Position numbers and translations under genes: made by a program
Source of the DNA: a virus
Reading direction: 5' to 3' (one strand)
Virus record (IMG/VR): IMGVR_UViG_3300013132_006127
Length of the DNA: 64,000 nt
Notes under the pieces: generated by a model
The model's database searches: none
Seen by the model: only the letters and a program-made list of their open reading frames with translations
What the model was told of the DNA's origin: nothing
Shown: piece after piece, positions 19,945-30,442 of the stretch
Layout: each line of letters opens with the position of its first letter
Position numbering within the stretch: position 1 is the first letter of the stretch

Positions 19945-22137
19945 TTAAATTAGACATGCACCGCCAGCGCAACTAATTTCCTCTATTCCTACGGTATTAT
20001 CCTCTGTCTCTGCAAGTTGCGTGTAATCAACCTTCTTAAAACTATTATACAAATCGCAGTATATCTTCCAATTATAGACATCTTTCATACAATAAGTAAG
20101 TCTTCTGAGATCACTATCAAAATACTTACCAGCAAAATTTTTCATTTTGGTAACAAATAACAGTTTTTCTTGAGTATCTACTTCTTTTGCTTGGTTTAAT
20201 GCTACGTAATCACATGCGGCCCATAGGTTATTATTGAAAGCATTTAATCCCAACTCTATAAGACCAGAACACCACAATGCAGCATCGCCGTACTCTTTAA
20301 CTATTTCACGACTAGTATATACTGTAGTAAATGGAGCTTGCGGATAGTCTTTATCACCACTTTGAGGTATAAGACTTATACCGGCAAAATATTTTCTATT
20401 ATCGTAGATGTATTTTGTAACCTCATCCCATTCGTCTGGTTTTACTGTTACTGTATTGCTAACATTATGACTAAGATAATCTTGAGTGCATAATGCCCTA
20501 TTTTTACCAGAATTGACCCAATTTTTTTGAGTATCTTTTACAACGGACAGCATCTCGACTGCTGGTAATTGATTCTTTAATTTTGCACCGTCTGGTACTT
20601 CGACTGGGAATTTGATTACCTCATCGGTATTGTTAGCTGACCACGATGATTTCTCGCAGGCTTGCGGGTTTACTTTTTTAAAGTGTTGGTATGGAGCTTC
20701 TAAAACATTGGCTTGTACATGCCTGATATAGCGTTTAGCGTGGTGTGGATGGATACCAGAGCTAGTTCCTAACATACTAGATGAGGTTCCTTCTGGTTTT
20801 AGACAAGTAACTCGTGCCGCTTGATTAATATTGATCTTTTTGCACAGAGCTTTGTTAGTGTCTACGGCTATTTTTGCTCCTTTGGTCAATACTTTTTCTG
20901 TTAGTACAAGATCGTGTTTTTCCATTGTTCCAGTAAGAGATACTCCCAATAAAGCTTCTCTCTCAAAGATTTTTTGGCTAATATTACCTAGATATTCTAG
21001 ATTAGTAAATCCTGCTTGTAAAGTTCCTATAATTGCTGCTGCTTTGCATCTTTCAAAGAAATCTTCTTCGTCTGTAACACTGGAGCAATTAATTGTTGAT
21101 AGATTACATCCTTGCCATCCGCTTTTACCAGTTTCTTCGTCAACAGGCCACATACCTATCTCTACACAAGGATTAAAAATCATTTCTGTTGATTCGCTCC
21201 AAATAAACCCAGGTTCTCCAAATTCCTTAACAGATTGCATTAAAGTTTCGAATTCTTCAAATGTTGTTTCATTTTTTAGTAGAAGAGCTGAGTTATTACT
21301 TCTGGCTCTTTGTGGATTATCTATAAACCAATTTCCAGTTTTAGCTTTAGTCATTTCTTCATCATCATGACTAAATAATGCGAGACTAGCTGATCTACGA
21401 ACACCACCACTTAACACAGCATCGCTACTATGCATAACAATATCATAAGCATCTATTGGTCTTAGTTTCTTTTGACCGTTAGCTATACATCTATCTAATA
21501 GAACTCTAATTTTCTCAAGACCATTTTGCAGAGGCTCGAAACCTGGGGCTTTGCCAACTCCGGAGCTTAAAGTTGAACCTTTTGGTCTTATATTACTATA
21601 ATCGAATACAACATATGTATTCTTATACATTTTAAATTCTTCAATAGGCTTACTAAAATAGCTGCTTAACAATACTCCTAAAGCATCGGCCCAGCCTTCT
21701 ATGTTATCTTCTATGACATATTTAGTTCCTTGATCATCTATAACGTTATGTTCAAGTGTAGGTAGTTTTGACACATGATGTTTTTGAACGCTAAATCCTG
21801 TACCACTACCGCAAAGAAGTAACCAAAAACATTCTTGGAAAAATCTGAGTCTATCACAATAAGAGCTTGTACAGTTATATATTTTTGCATGTCTCTTAAG
21901 AATTGGTTCTCCTCCAAACTGTAAAGCCCTTTGGGATCCTAATACTTTCTTTTTATACATCATATCGTATGCCCAATCAATATATTCCGATATATCGCAT
22001 GAAGCATACTTCGTATGCATCATTTCTTTAACTCTTTCAACGGCTTCTTTCCATGTCTCTCTTCTGTTTTTTGTTTCTAACCAACGAGCGTATTTGCTGA
22101 CAAATGTATAATTCTGTAGTTCTTGAAGAGCAGACAT
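19945..22137 (-). CDS. nrdJ: Class II (adenosylcobalamin-dependent, monomeric RTPR-type) ribonucleotide reductase
   Basis: YNC, GGVRRSA, NPCVEI, CNLS, KPEGT, C-terminal CAGGAC. Confidence 0.88.
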   Translation of the reverse strand: MSALQELQNYTFVSKYARWLETKNRRETWKEAVERVKEMMHTKYASCDISEYIDWAYDMMYKKKVLGSQRALQFGGEPILKRHAKIYNCTSSYCDRLRFFQECFWLLLCGSGTGFSVQKHHVSKLPTLEHNVIDDQGTKYVIEDNIEGWADALGVLLSSYFSKPIEEFKMYKNTYVVFDYSNIRPKGSTLSSGVGKAPGFEPLQNGLEKIRVLLDRCIANGQKKLRPIDAYDIVMHSSDAVLSGGVRRSASLALFSHDDEEMTKAKTGNWFIDNPQRARSNNSALLLKNETTFEEFETLMQSVKEFGEPGFIWSESTEMIFNPCVEIGMWPVDEETGKSGWQGCNLSTINCSSVTDEEDFFERCKAAAIIGTLQAGFTNLEYLGNISQKIFEREALLGVSLTGTMEKHDLVLTEKVLTKGAKIAVDTNKALCKKININQAARVTCLKPEGTSSSMLGTSSGIHPHHAKRYIRHVQANVLEAPYQHFKKVNPQACEKSSWSANNTDEVIKFPVEVPDGAKLKNQLPAVEMLSVVKDTQKNWVNSGKNRALCTQDYLSHNVSNTVTVKPDEWDEVTKYIYDNRKYFAGISLIPQSGDKDYPQAPFTTVYTSREIVKEYGDAALWCSGLIELGLNAFNNNLWAACDYVALNQAKEVDTQEKLLFVTKMKNFAGKYFDSDLRRLTYCMKDVYNWKIYCDLYNSFKKVDYTQLAETEDNTVGIEEISCAGGACLI

Positions 22138-22138
22138 T

Positions 22139-22270
22139 TTATCTCCTATAAAGAATGTTTAGTAATTCAAGCAACACAGTAGTTTGAAAAGAGATATCGA
22201 TCATATCTATGTTGCCACTTAATCTATTTAATAAATATATCAAAAGACTGATATAGAACGCTAGTAACAT
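22139..22270 (-). CDS. Small hydrophobic 43-aa protein (not in ORF track)
   Basis: MLLAFYISLLIYLLNRLSGNIDMIDISFQTTVLLELLNILYRR; TGATG coupling to the deaminase stop. Confidence 0.5.
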   Translation of the reverse strand: MLLAFYISLLIYLLNRLSGNIDMIDISFQTTVLLELLNILYRR

Positions 22271-22740
22271 CATAATACACCACGCAAATCTCTCAACCAA
22301 GAAAGATCTGGTGTTATTTTATGAATTTGCATCCCGCTCATTTCGATAAATAAATCAAATCTTGTTTTTGCATCCTGATCAAACAATTTTGTGCCATGAT
22401 CATCGATCATATAAACGGTCTTGATACCTTCTTGCCATAGAGCCATAATACAATCATTACAACATTGACCAGTAACATATGCTATACCGTTGTCCGGTCT
22501 AATTACGCAATTCGACAATGCGTTACGCTCAGAGTGTACCATCCAATGATATTTGTCTGGTCTACTGGTTGGCAAATTAGAATCGTCCAGACCTTTTGGA
22601 AAACCGTTGTAACCAACACCTAGAATCCTGTTATTTTGATCTGTAATAACACACCCATGTTGAGTATGAATATCGTGACTCCTTTGAGCTACGATTTTTG
22701 CTAATCCTAAAAAGTAATCAGTCCATGATGGTCTATTCAT
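22270..22740 (-). CDS. dCMP deaminase; start refined to MNRPSW
   Basis: RPSWTDYF, GYNG, HSERNA, CCNDC zinc-deaminase motifs. Confidence 0.9.
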   Translation of the reverse strand: MNRPSWTDYFLGLAKIVAQRSHDIHTQHGCVITDQNNRILGVGYNGFPKGLDDSNLPTSRPDKYHWMVHSERNALSNCVIRPDNGIAYVTGQCCNDCIMALWQEGIKTVYMIDDHGTKLFDQDAKTRFDLFIEMSGMQIHKITPDLSWLRDLRGVL

Positions 22741-22746
22741 ACTATC

Positions 22747-22775
22747 ATTGTATCTGCTGATCTTGAGCTTGTCAA
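22747..22775 (-). promoter_or_regulatory. Sigma70-like promoter, likely leaderless transcript for dCMP deaminase
   Basis: TTGACA-N17-TACAAT, ATG 6 nt after the -10 box, no SD. Confidence 0.7.
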
Positions 22776-22821
22776 TATTGTTTTTTATAGAGTTGTGTTC
22801 GCACAACGTTTGACATATATA

Positions 22822-23541
22822 TCAAAATTTTCTATTTTCCTGTATACCATGAGCTAGAAAATGATCTAAAACACCATCAATATGCAGAGGATGTAAATCT
22901 TCATTTATATATTGGTATTTTTTTACATCAAAACTGTCTGGTAATTGGTATGTTTCAATATCATTAAATAAATTTAAATTTTCTTGATGATTTTGTTCAT
23001 ACCATTCTATTTTAGATAAATGTTTATTTTTATACTTTTCATTAAGATTGTTGTCGTTTATAAAGTATTTTAGTTTATTTAGTCTAGTCTCTTTTGATTC
23101 AATATGTATTTTATTTTCAAGCAAAATGTTTTGATTATTTTTTTTAATATGTGGTAACACTAGCGGCTTGTTCCAATAAATAGATTTATATTTATCAACA
23201 TCGGAATAAAAATTAAAATCTAATGCTATTCCAAATATATATAAATGAGAAGAGTATTTATGGGTAAAAGTATTAAAATTTTTATATGTGGTTATATGTC
23301 TATTAAAATTCCTTATCCCAGGATAGGTGTTACACAGTCTTATGTGGTAGTTTTGTTTTCCGGGTATAAAAAATGAACTGTAAAACAATTTATTAAAAAA
23401 CAAATAGCGATTATTATAATTTATTAATAAATCTATATCTTTAGTTTTTTCTAAAGGATACGACATATGTAAGTAATCGCATAAGCTTCCACAAAAAATA
23501 ACATCAGATTTAAATATATTAATTAAATTTAACCAGACCAA
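22822..23541 (-). CDS. Putative nucleotidyltransferase-fold protein with C-terminal FD-x3-Y...H...G-x2-E-x-R module
   Basis: GSLCD...KDIDL (GS...DxD); LPDSFDVKKY...DHFLAHGIQENR. Confidence 0.45.
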   Translation of the reverse strand: MVWLNLINIFKSDVIFCGSLCDYLHMSYPLEKTKDIDLLINYNNRYLFFNKLFYSSFFIPGKQNYHIRLCNTYPGIRNFNRHITTYKNFNTFTHKYSSHLYIFGIALDFNFYSDVDKYKSIYWNKPLVLPHIKKNNQNILLENKIHIESKETRLNKLKYFINDNNLNEKYKNKHLSKIEWYEQNHQENLNLFNDIETYQLPDSFDVKKYQYINEDLHPLHIDGVLDHFLAHGIQENRKF

Positions 23542-23565
23542 TTTTTTATGCTATTTTTAGTTTTA

Positions 23566-25707
23566 TCATCCATAATTATATTCCTCTATATTTGTATGTT
23601 TAAATTTTTTAAGAAAAAGTTTTTTATTTATTTCCTGATATTTTTTTGCTCCTTTGCTAGTATCGTTGCCGCTAGAAGATCCTTCGTCGTGTATAATTTC
23701 ACATCTAGGTTCGTACAATGTTTTTAATCCATTGATATGAGCCCTATATTGCCATTCGCTATCTTCGTAATACATTTTTTCTAAAGAAGAGTCTAAAACT
23801 CCAATTTTGTTTATAGCATCTCTTCTCATATACAATAAACACCCAGAACAATATCCAACGTATCTAGGAAGATTATACTCCCTTTTATTTGGATCGTGAC
23901 CCCTTCCTATATTTCTACCCGATCCATTGTTGTATAATTCTGATCCTGCTTCGGCCAACAATCCATTTGGGTATATACTTTTGCCTCCAACACATGCTAT
24001 ATAGTCTGAGCTATAAGCGCTACTATATAAATAATTAAGCCAATATTCTGACAATATTTCAACATCATCATTTAATAAAACAACATCTGAGTCTTTATAC
24101 AAAGGATCTTTTAAGATGTTATTGTTTGCTTCTATAAAGTAAAGATTTTTTTTATTTTTAATGTATCTGATTTTATTTTTGTATTTAGTCAGATAAGATT
24201 TGATGTAATTTTTAATTTTATCATTGGGGCTGTTGTCTGAAATGACTATAGAATAATTATCATATTTGGTTTTAGATATTATGCTTTCTAGACATTTAGC
24301 TAGTTTTTCTGTTTGGCTATAAGCAACAATGCTAATGATTACATGTTTAGATTTTAGAGTGTGAGCTAATACTTTTTTTGCTGCCTCTACTGATACGATT
24401 TTATCTAGGTGATTTTGTGCTGCTAGTCCTAATTGTTGTTTTTCTTTTTGAGACAAACTAAAGAAATATTCCATACTTTCTATAAATTCTTCATCAGTAT
24501 TTGCTATTAAAGAGTTTCCTTTATCTTTAAAATTTATGCCTTCGTTTCCAATATCTGATGTTAAAATAGGTACTCCGCACATTCCAGCATCACAAATTTT
24601 ACCTTTTATTCCTGCTCCCCAGTTTAATGGAGATAATAATAAACAACACTTTGAATATAAATCCTTTAAAGAGTCAACGTGCCCTAATAATTCGATATTT
24701 TTATATTGTGATGCTGATTCGATGTCCTTATCTGTGCCAGGACCAGCAAGATATAATTTGGGTTTGCGTCTTAATTTTTTATAAGCATTTGTTTTTTGAA
24801 ATTTCTTGTACAACTCTACGCATCTCAAAACAGCATCAACATTTGGTCCATGATTATAATTGCCAATAAAAAATATATCATTACCTAAAGTAACTTTTTT
24901 CTTGTGATGTATATTGCTTAATATTTTAATATTATTATGATAACCTATTTCTTTTTGAATTTCTCTTTTATCATTTTCCGTTACCGCAAATACAACATCA
25001 GCCTCGCTATATATTTTTTTTTCTAATTCTTTTTTATAATTCAATATCTCTTCAGAAGTTTTTATCCTTTGATCCTTCGCGCCCCTACTTTCTCTTAGCC
25101 AATGAACATCAACACTATCAACTATAATTTTACATTTTGGATAATATTCTTTAACAATATCAACATACTGAACGGCCATATCATACCACGAGAAAATAGC
25201 ATAATCGAAAATTAATTTTTGTTTTTTGAGTTCTGCTAAAGTGGCTATGTGATAATTTTTTTTATCTGGCAAAAAACATGGAATGTTTATGCTTCTAACA
25301 ATATCCAGGTATTTAGAATCGCTTGTTCCGTTACATAAAAAATATACATTATATTCTAGATCATTTTTTAGTATTTTAAGAATTTCTAACAATCTATTGC
25401 CGCCACTGCTCTTATCATAATCCGGAGCATGAGGAGAGAAATATAATAAGTTTTTAGAATCGCTCCAAAATTCTGGTTTGTGTTCTTGTATTTTTAAATC
25501 TTGATTTATTTTGATTTTTTTATACGGCCTATTTTCTTTTATACCAAACAGCAAGTAATGTTCTTTGGCTTTTTGTTCATTGTCTATAGCGGCTTGTTGT
25601 AAATCTGGATGATATTCTATATAAAATTGATAGTCAAAATCCTTTGGTATTAAAAAAGAATAAGTTTCTACTAATTTAACGAGTTGTGGTGAGGTGGTCC
25701 ATTTCAT
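23566..25707 (-). CDS. Bifunctional glycosyltransferase (GT4 + GT2)
   Basis: PDYDKSSG, GAGIKGKI (GT4); DNS, LLNDDVE, YYEDSEW (GT2). Confidence 0.85.
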   Translation of the reverse strand: MKWTTSPQLVKLVETYSFLIPKDFDYQFYIEYHPDLQQAAIDNEQKAKEHYLLFGIKENRPYKKIKINQDLKIQEHKPEFWSDSKNLLYFSPHAPDYDKSSGGNRLLEILKILKNDLEYNVYFLCNGTSDSKYLDIVRSINIPCFLPDKKNYHIATLAELKKQKLIFDYAIFSWYDMAVQYVDIVKEYYPKCKIIVDSVDVHWLRESRGAKDQRIKTSEEILNYKKELEKKIYSEADVVFAVTENDKREIQKEIGYHNNIKILSNIHHKKKVTLGNDIFFIGNYNHGPNVDAVLRCVELYKKFQKTNAYKKLRRKPKLYLAGPGTDKDIESASQYKNIELLGHVDSLKDLYSKCCLLLSPLNWGAGIKGKICDAGMCGVPILTSDIGNEGINFKDKGNSLIANTDEEFIESMEYFFSLSQKEKQQLGLAAQNHLDKIVSVEAAKKVLAHTLKSKHVIISIVAYSQTEKLAKCLESIISKTKYDNYSIVISDNSPNDKIKNYIKSYLTKYKNKIRYIKNKKNLYFIEANNNILKDPLYKDSDVVLLNDDVEILSEYWLNYLYSSAYSSDYIACVGGKSIYPNGLLAEAGSELYNNGSGRNIGRGHDPNKREYNLPRYVGYCSGCLLYMRRDAINKIGVLDSSLEKMYYEDSEWQYRAHINGLKTLYEPRCEIIHDEGSSSGNDTSKGAKKYQEINKKLFLKKFKHTNIEEYNYG

Positions 25708-26333
25708 AAATATGTTCTCTTATTATAACCAATATAGTTTTCTGTTTGCCAGTTTAGTTTATGATTTATTGTGTTTAGTTCCAATAAATCTAAATTATAT
25801 TGAGATGGTATAAAATTATTTGATAAAAATTTATATTTTGGAAGTTTAAAATTTGATGCTATTTCATTAAAAATAATATCAATATTAAGTAAACTTTCAT
25901 AGTTAAGCAATAAATAATTTTCACATATATTAGGCGTTATGTTTAATAGGTGTTGATTTTTTGTTTCTCTAAGATTAAAAATATTATCATATTCTTCTAA
26001 AAGAGTATCGTGTGGACCTGTCGAGACTATCTTATGGTTAAGAAATTTTAAAAATGTAGTGTCTTTATTAAAAGATATATGATATGGGTTTTTATACATG
26101 GCCGACATCCAATCGTATGGATTTCTTACTATTCCTATAAATAAAGTATTTTGACTATCTGGTATTGTTTTAGTATGATGTGTCCAAAAATGTTTCCATC
26201 CATATTTCCAAACAATAGGAATATCAAAAGAATTTTTAATCCATTTTTCTAAAAAATTAGTTCCAGAATGTCTTTCTGCAAAGATGGTGAAGTTTTTAAT
26301 AGGCTCTTTATTTGTTTGTATTATTATACTCAT
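25704..26333 (-). CDS. Sulfotransferase-like protein
   Basis: ERHSGTNFL (5'-PSB) and IVRNPYDW (3'-PB) motifs. Confidence 0.7.
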   Translation of the reverse strand: MSIIIQTNKEPIKNFTIFAERHSGTNFLEKWIKNSFDIPIVWKYGWKHFWTHHTKTIPDSQNTLFIGIVRNPYDWMSAMYKNPYHISFNKDTTFLKFLNHKIVSTGPHDTLLEEYDNIFNLRETKNQHLLNITPNICENYLLLNYESLLNIDIIFNEIASNFKLPKYKFLSNNFIPSQYNLDLLELNTINHKLNWQTENYIGYNKRTYL

Positions 26334-27760
26334 AAAACATATTCCAACTTAGTAAAATTTATATTTGGATCAAAATCCCAAAAATAGTCTGGGTTCTTGT
26401 TTTTATTTAATTCTTTTAACTTTTCACCAGACAAACAATTTTGTTGGAGTAAGGAGTATAGTTCTTCATGAGTTAAAGGTTTTTCGAATAATGATGATTG
26501 CCCCCTACTATCACCGTGGATATGATTTGCACTCCACCCGTAGATCCCTACGTGAGCATGACGATTACTCTCTGGTGCTATGGTTGTCATATTGTTGATT
26601 TTTAGTACATTTTGTAGATCTATGTCTAAGCCCGATATTGTTTTATTCTTCAAAGAATCGTAATATGGCTCAACATATTTATAAAATTTATATCTATTTA
26701 TCATACAAGATCTAATGGAATTTTCACTTCTAACTATTTTATTAGGATTTCCTTTGGGTTTCTCCCATGCTCCAATATGAAAATATAATATATTATCGTC
26801 TTTGTTTAATGCATGATCATGAAGTAACTGCTCACAAAGTCTTAAATAATCTTTACTAATCAACACATCATCTTCTACGCTCAAAACATAATCATAATTT
26901 GTATTCTCAAATATATACTTTACACTATCATACCAAGAGTATTTACCACTATTTTTAGGCCAATTTATTCTATTATATTCATCGGTTATAACTTTGTCAT
27001 AATCTGATACTATTCCATAGTCAGGATGAGGATCAACAAAAACGTAAGTTTCAAAATTTTCACTATTAGTAGCATCTTTTTGATACTCTAGAGAAAGCTG
27101 CAACATTGCTGATCTGTCGTAATATGTTGGTCTAACTATGCAGATTTCGCTTAACGGAGGCGTATTATGTCCTATTGTCATTCTGTCTTCTGTATTATAG
27201 GTCCTATAGTTTGAAGTGTGATTATGTAAAGCTATTAGTTGCTTACAAGGATTTAGAGTTTCATAACCACTCTTTTTAGCCATATATGCCAATGCAGTAT
27301 CACACCCCAGTTTTCCCATATTAAAATTGCAATTTTTTATTTTATTAAAACCTTTCCATGCCCAAATATCTTGAGAAATACTAGGAATATGTATTAATTC
27401 ACCATCTTTCTCATATCTGCTGATGCACAGAAAAATATTGTTTCTGTTAAAAAAAATACAAATTTTATCAAATTTTTTTAAGATAATATCGCTATTTATA
27501 AGTATGTTAATGTCATCTTTGTTAGTATTTTCATTAGATTTTTGAAAAACATCGTCATATGTAATTCTTTGGTTTTGTAATATTAGAACTGTTTTTTCAT
27601 TAGTATATCTTTTTATAAAATCTAAACTCTCTTGAGTCTCACATAATAAATAAATTTTATCAATATAATTTAATTTTAAATTACTAACTATTGTATCTAG
27701 TATTTCTTTATTTCGTTCTTCATTATCAAATTTAAAATAAGGTATGTACAAATTAATCAT
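26330..27760 (-). CDS. Two-domain putative glycosyltransferase (GT-A)
   Basis: INSDI...SQDIW domain plus PTYYDR...VEDDV domain. Confidence 0.65.
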   Translation of the reverse strand: MINLYIPYFKFDNEERNKEILDTIVSNLKLNYIDKIYLLCETQESLDFIKRYTNEKTVLILQNQRITYDDVFQKSNENTNKDDINILINSDIILKKFDKICIFFNRNNIFLCISRYEKDGELIHIPSISQDIWAWKGFNKIKNCNFNMGKLGCDTALAYMAKKSGYETLNPCKQLIALHNHTSNYRTYNTEDRMTIGHNTPPLSEICIVRPTYYDRSAMLQLSLEYQKDATNSENFETYVFVDPHPDYGIVSDYDKVITDEYNRINWPKNSGKYSWYDSVKYIFENTNYDYVLSVEDDVLISKDYLRLCEQLLHDHALNKDDNILYFHIGAWEKPKGNPNKIVRSENSIRSCMINRYKFYKYVEPYYDSLKNKTISGLDIDLQNVLKINNMTTIAPESNRHAHVGIYGWSANHIHGDSRGQSSLFEKPLTHEELYSLLQQNCLSGEKLKELNKNKNPDYFWDFDPNINFTKLEYVL

Positions 27761-28647
27761 AATGATATAATGTCTTGTTTAAACTTTTCTATATTAAATA
27801 TATCTAATGTGCTGCGTTCTTTAAGATAGTTACTACAATCTGCTATGTATTTTTCATCTAAAAGATAATGATCTGGATCGTGCTTTATATCTTCATAAAA
27901 CAATGGATAGTCTTTTCCTATATACTCAACAACTGCGGGGAGTTTGTTTATTATAATAGGAGTGTGACTAACAATGTATTCTAATAAAGAATTACTCGCA
28001 GCAACATCACCATAATATACAAATCCTATGCCACAAACAAGATTAAAAATGTAATCGGTATTGTTCAAAAAAACATTTTTTATTTCTATATTGTGCGATT
28101 TATTTGACAAATATTTATTTATATAATTCTTGTCCCATTCTTTGTCTGCATATATCTTTTTTTTAATTTTAGTATTTAAATCTGCAAATTTTTCTATATT
28201 CCTACCATGAAATCCGGCTTGGTTCAGAACTGGATCTGCAAAATATTTTTGTATATTAAAACTGGTTTCACATGTTTTTGGATGATAGGTATGAGACACC
28301 GGAATATCAACTAAATTTTGTAAAATATCTGCTGTATATTTAGATAGAGTTAATAGTTTGATGCATTTGTCTTTATTATTTATAAACCAGGAGTGTTGCA
28401 CAAAATTATGTAGAGTTTGGTGATGTGTCCTGTCTGGGTCGCTGGCTACAGCATGAACTATACCTACCCATCTTGAATCAATGTTTGGCTTGTTATTCTC
28501 CCAAAAGCAACTATCTGCAAAAGAGTCTAAAACAATATCTGAGTTAGTATCGACTATATCATTTTTTATGGAGTTCACAATAAATTCCCATCCGTTGTAA
28601 TGGGCGCCGTACAAAGAGTAGGGAATTATAATTTTATTGAATTTCAT
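27757..28647 (-). CDS. Putative glycosyltransferase-like protein
   Basis: HYNGW, ASNSLLE, TPIIINKLPAVVEYIGKDYPL; located in the glycan cluster. Confidence 0.5.
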   Translation of the reverse strand: MKFNKIIIPYSLYGAHYNGWEFIVNSIKNDIVDTNSDIVLDSFADSCFWENNKPNIDSRWVGIVHAVASDPDRTHHQTLHNFVQHSWFINNKDKCIKLLTLSKYTADILQNLVDIPVSHTYHPKTCETSFNIQKYFADPVLNQAGFHGRNIEKFADLNTKIKKKIYADKEWDKNYINKYLSNKSHNIEIKNVFLNNTDYIFNLVCGIGFVYYGDVAASNSLLEYIVSHTPIIINKLPAVVEYIGKDYPLFYEDIKHDPDHYLLDEKYIADCSNYLKERSTLDIFNIEKFKQDIISL

Positions 28648-28654
28648 ATATTTT

Positions 28655-29386
28655 CTAATTAATATAAGAGTAAGATTCTGCCCATTTGCGCCATTTTAGC
28701 AATTCAGGATACAAATCTTTTTTTTGAAAATATTCATGCATTTCTTTCTCTGCTAGCTGATTATAGTTGCTAAGGTGAGAATTGTCTTTTATGGTGCCGT
28801 GTCCAACATGAATAACAGGCAACCAATCTGCCACAGATATTTTCCATCCATTATTTTCACATATAATTCCAGACATTATATCTTGTACCCAACCATATGA
28901 TGAACGAAATGCTTTAACGGTTTCTATAAATTGTCTTCTAAGTAAGACGCATGTATAGTCAACCCATTTAACATATCTTAGCTCGGTACTATTCCAACAG
29001 TGCATTTGTGGCCAATAAGGTTGTTTCAATTCAGGTTGTATAATACACGAAGATAGCATATGCAAATCCGCATTAAATAGCTGTTTTCTCATTTCTTTTA
29101 TAAAGTTTTTACCTTGTATAATTAAATCAGAATTCAATACTATTAAAGAATCATACCGATGGTCTTTAATAAACAAATTAAAAATATAGTCCAGCCCTCC
29201 TCCGTAATAGAGATTGGTATCTAAACGATATGTGTTGTATTTGCTTTTTTTATCAAGATCGGAGCCGTTGTCAAGAACAATCAAATCATAATCCTCGCCT
29301 TCATACGGTTTCATTAATTCATACAATGTATCAGTGTATTTGGTACTATTATAGTGCAATATCACGGCCAGTGTTTTATGATTCAT
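28655..29386 (-). CDS. GT2-family glycosyltransferase
   Basis: VILHYN, LDNGS, LNSDL. Confidence 0.78.
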   Translation of the reverse strand: MNHKTLAVILHYNSTKYTDTLYELMKPYEGEDYDLIVLDNGSDLDKKSKYNTYRLDTNLYYGGGLDYIFNLFIKDHRYDSLIVLNSDLIIQGKNFIKEMRKQLFNADLHMLSSCIIQPELKQPYWPQMHCWNSTELRYVKWVDYTCVLLRRQFIETVKAFRSSYGWVQDIMSGIICENNGWKISVADWLPVIHVGHGTIKDNSHLSNYNQLAEKEMHEYFQKKDLYPELLKWRKWAESYSYIN

Positions 29387-29399
29387 GTTTTATTAGTAT

Positions 29400-30440
29400 T
29401 TATTTATACTTTTGGGTTGTTCGTTTGATTATTTGTAAATAAGCATATCCATTTTTAACATCCGGTTCGATATGACATCCTTCGGCCCACTCATTCCAAG
29501 CATTTATGCAAAATATCCCGTGATCATGATTTTTATTTGTGTATTCTATAGCATTTTTTAAAGATAATTCAAAAGTCTCTAGACATGAATTTGAAAATAT
29601 GGTATGACATTTTTTATTTTCTGATTTTCTAGCCGTGTTGTCCCACGCAGGAAATGTTGTTTTTATGACAGGATATTCATATTTATTTTCTATTGATTTT
29701 AACATTGTTTTTTTATAGTCACATTGATTATGGTCTATTCTAACTACATTCTGAAAATTTGGTAAAAATTCCATATTCATATCAAAGTTTATATTTTTTG
29801 CATTTGTATAATCGCCAAAGGAATTAATTTTAATTAAATATAAGTCTTTAAAACCATAAGACCTAGATATTTTTCTCCACATAATAGATGTTTTATGAAT
29901 ATCTGGGAACAACCCAGTCCTGTAGACGGCAAATACGGGTTTGTTGTTTATTTTAATATACCTATCGTCTGAAAAAACATTTTCACACAAAAATTTCATG
30001 TGATTAACGTCATCTTCTATATTATGAACTTGTTCTTGGATGTATCCATTCTTGTTTGGATCAACTAATCCATCCCAATTTGTTGTCCAGGGTTCGTTGG
30101 CCCAAATATAAAAAAAGGGAAAGTTTGGTTTTTTAAACTTCAACATATTATCTAATGGGGTTTGAAGAAGTCTCTCGCCATTAAACCAATAATGATAAAA
30201 GGCAAAACCATATATTCCATATGATCGTGCCATTTCCGCTTGTCTTACCAAAACATCTGGATCACTTAAATCATAGTATCCAACAGACTCGTGAGGGACA
30301 TGAGGCTGATAATGACCCTCGAAAGAGGGCTTCGCCTTTTTGACATTGTGCCAATCGGTAAATCCTGCTCCCCAAAATCTTTCATTAATCGGAATAACAT
30401 GATACTGAGGAAAATATATAGCTATTGGCTTAATGTTCAT
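29400..30440 (-). CDS. WbsX / GH99-like glycosyltransferase-hydrolase
   Basis: IYFPQYH...WGAGFTDW, GYYDL, YHYWF, WANEPW, NAWNEWAEG. Confidence 0.9.
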   Translation of the reverse strand: MNIKPIAIYFPQYHVIPINERFWGAGFTDWHNVKKAKPSFEGHYQPHVPHESVGYYDLSDPDVLVRQAEMARSYGIYGFAFYHYWFNGERLLQTPLDNMLKFKKPNFPFFYIWANEPWTTNWDGLVDPNKNGYIQEQVHNIEDDVNHMKFLCENVFSDDRYIKINNKPVFAVYRTGLFPDIHKTSIMWRKISRSYGFKDLYLIKINSFGDYTNAKNINFDMNMEFLPNFQNVVRIDHNQCDYKKTMLKSIENKYEYPVIKTTFPAWDNTARKSENKKCHTIFSNSCLETFELSLKNAIEYTNKNHDHGIFCINAWNEWAEGCHIEPDVKNGYAYLQIIKRTTQKYK

Positions 30441-30442
30441 AA

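Noticed and set aside
20831-21370. 179-aa plus-strand ORF inside nrdJ, and the many similar short antisense or alternate-frame ORFs in the track
   Set aside because: Fully nested in well-supported genes with no motifs or RBS; expected shadows
19945-22137. Intein or intron in the ribonucleotide reductase
   Set aside because: The 730-aa length and motif spacing are continuous for a monomeric class II enzyme
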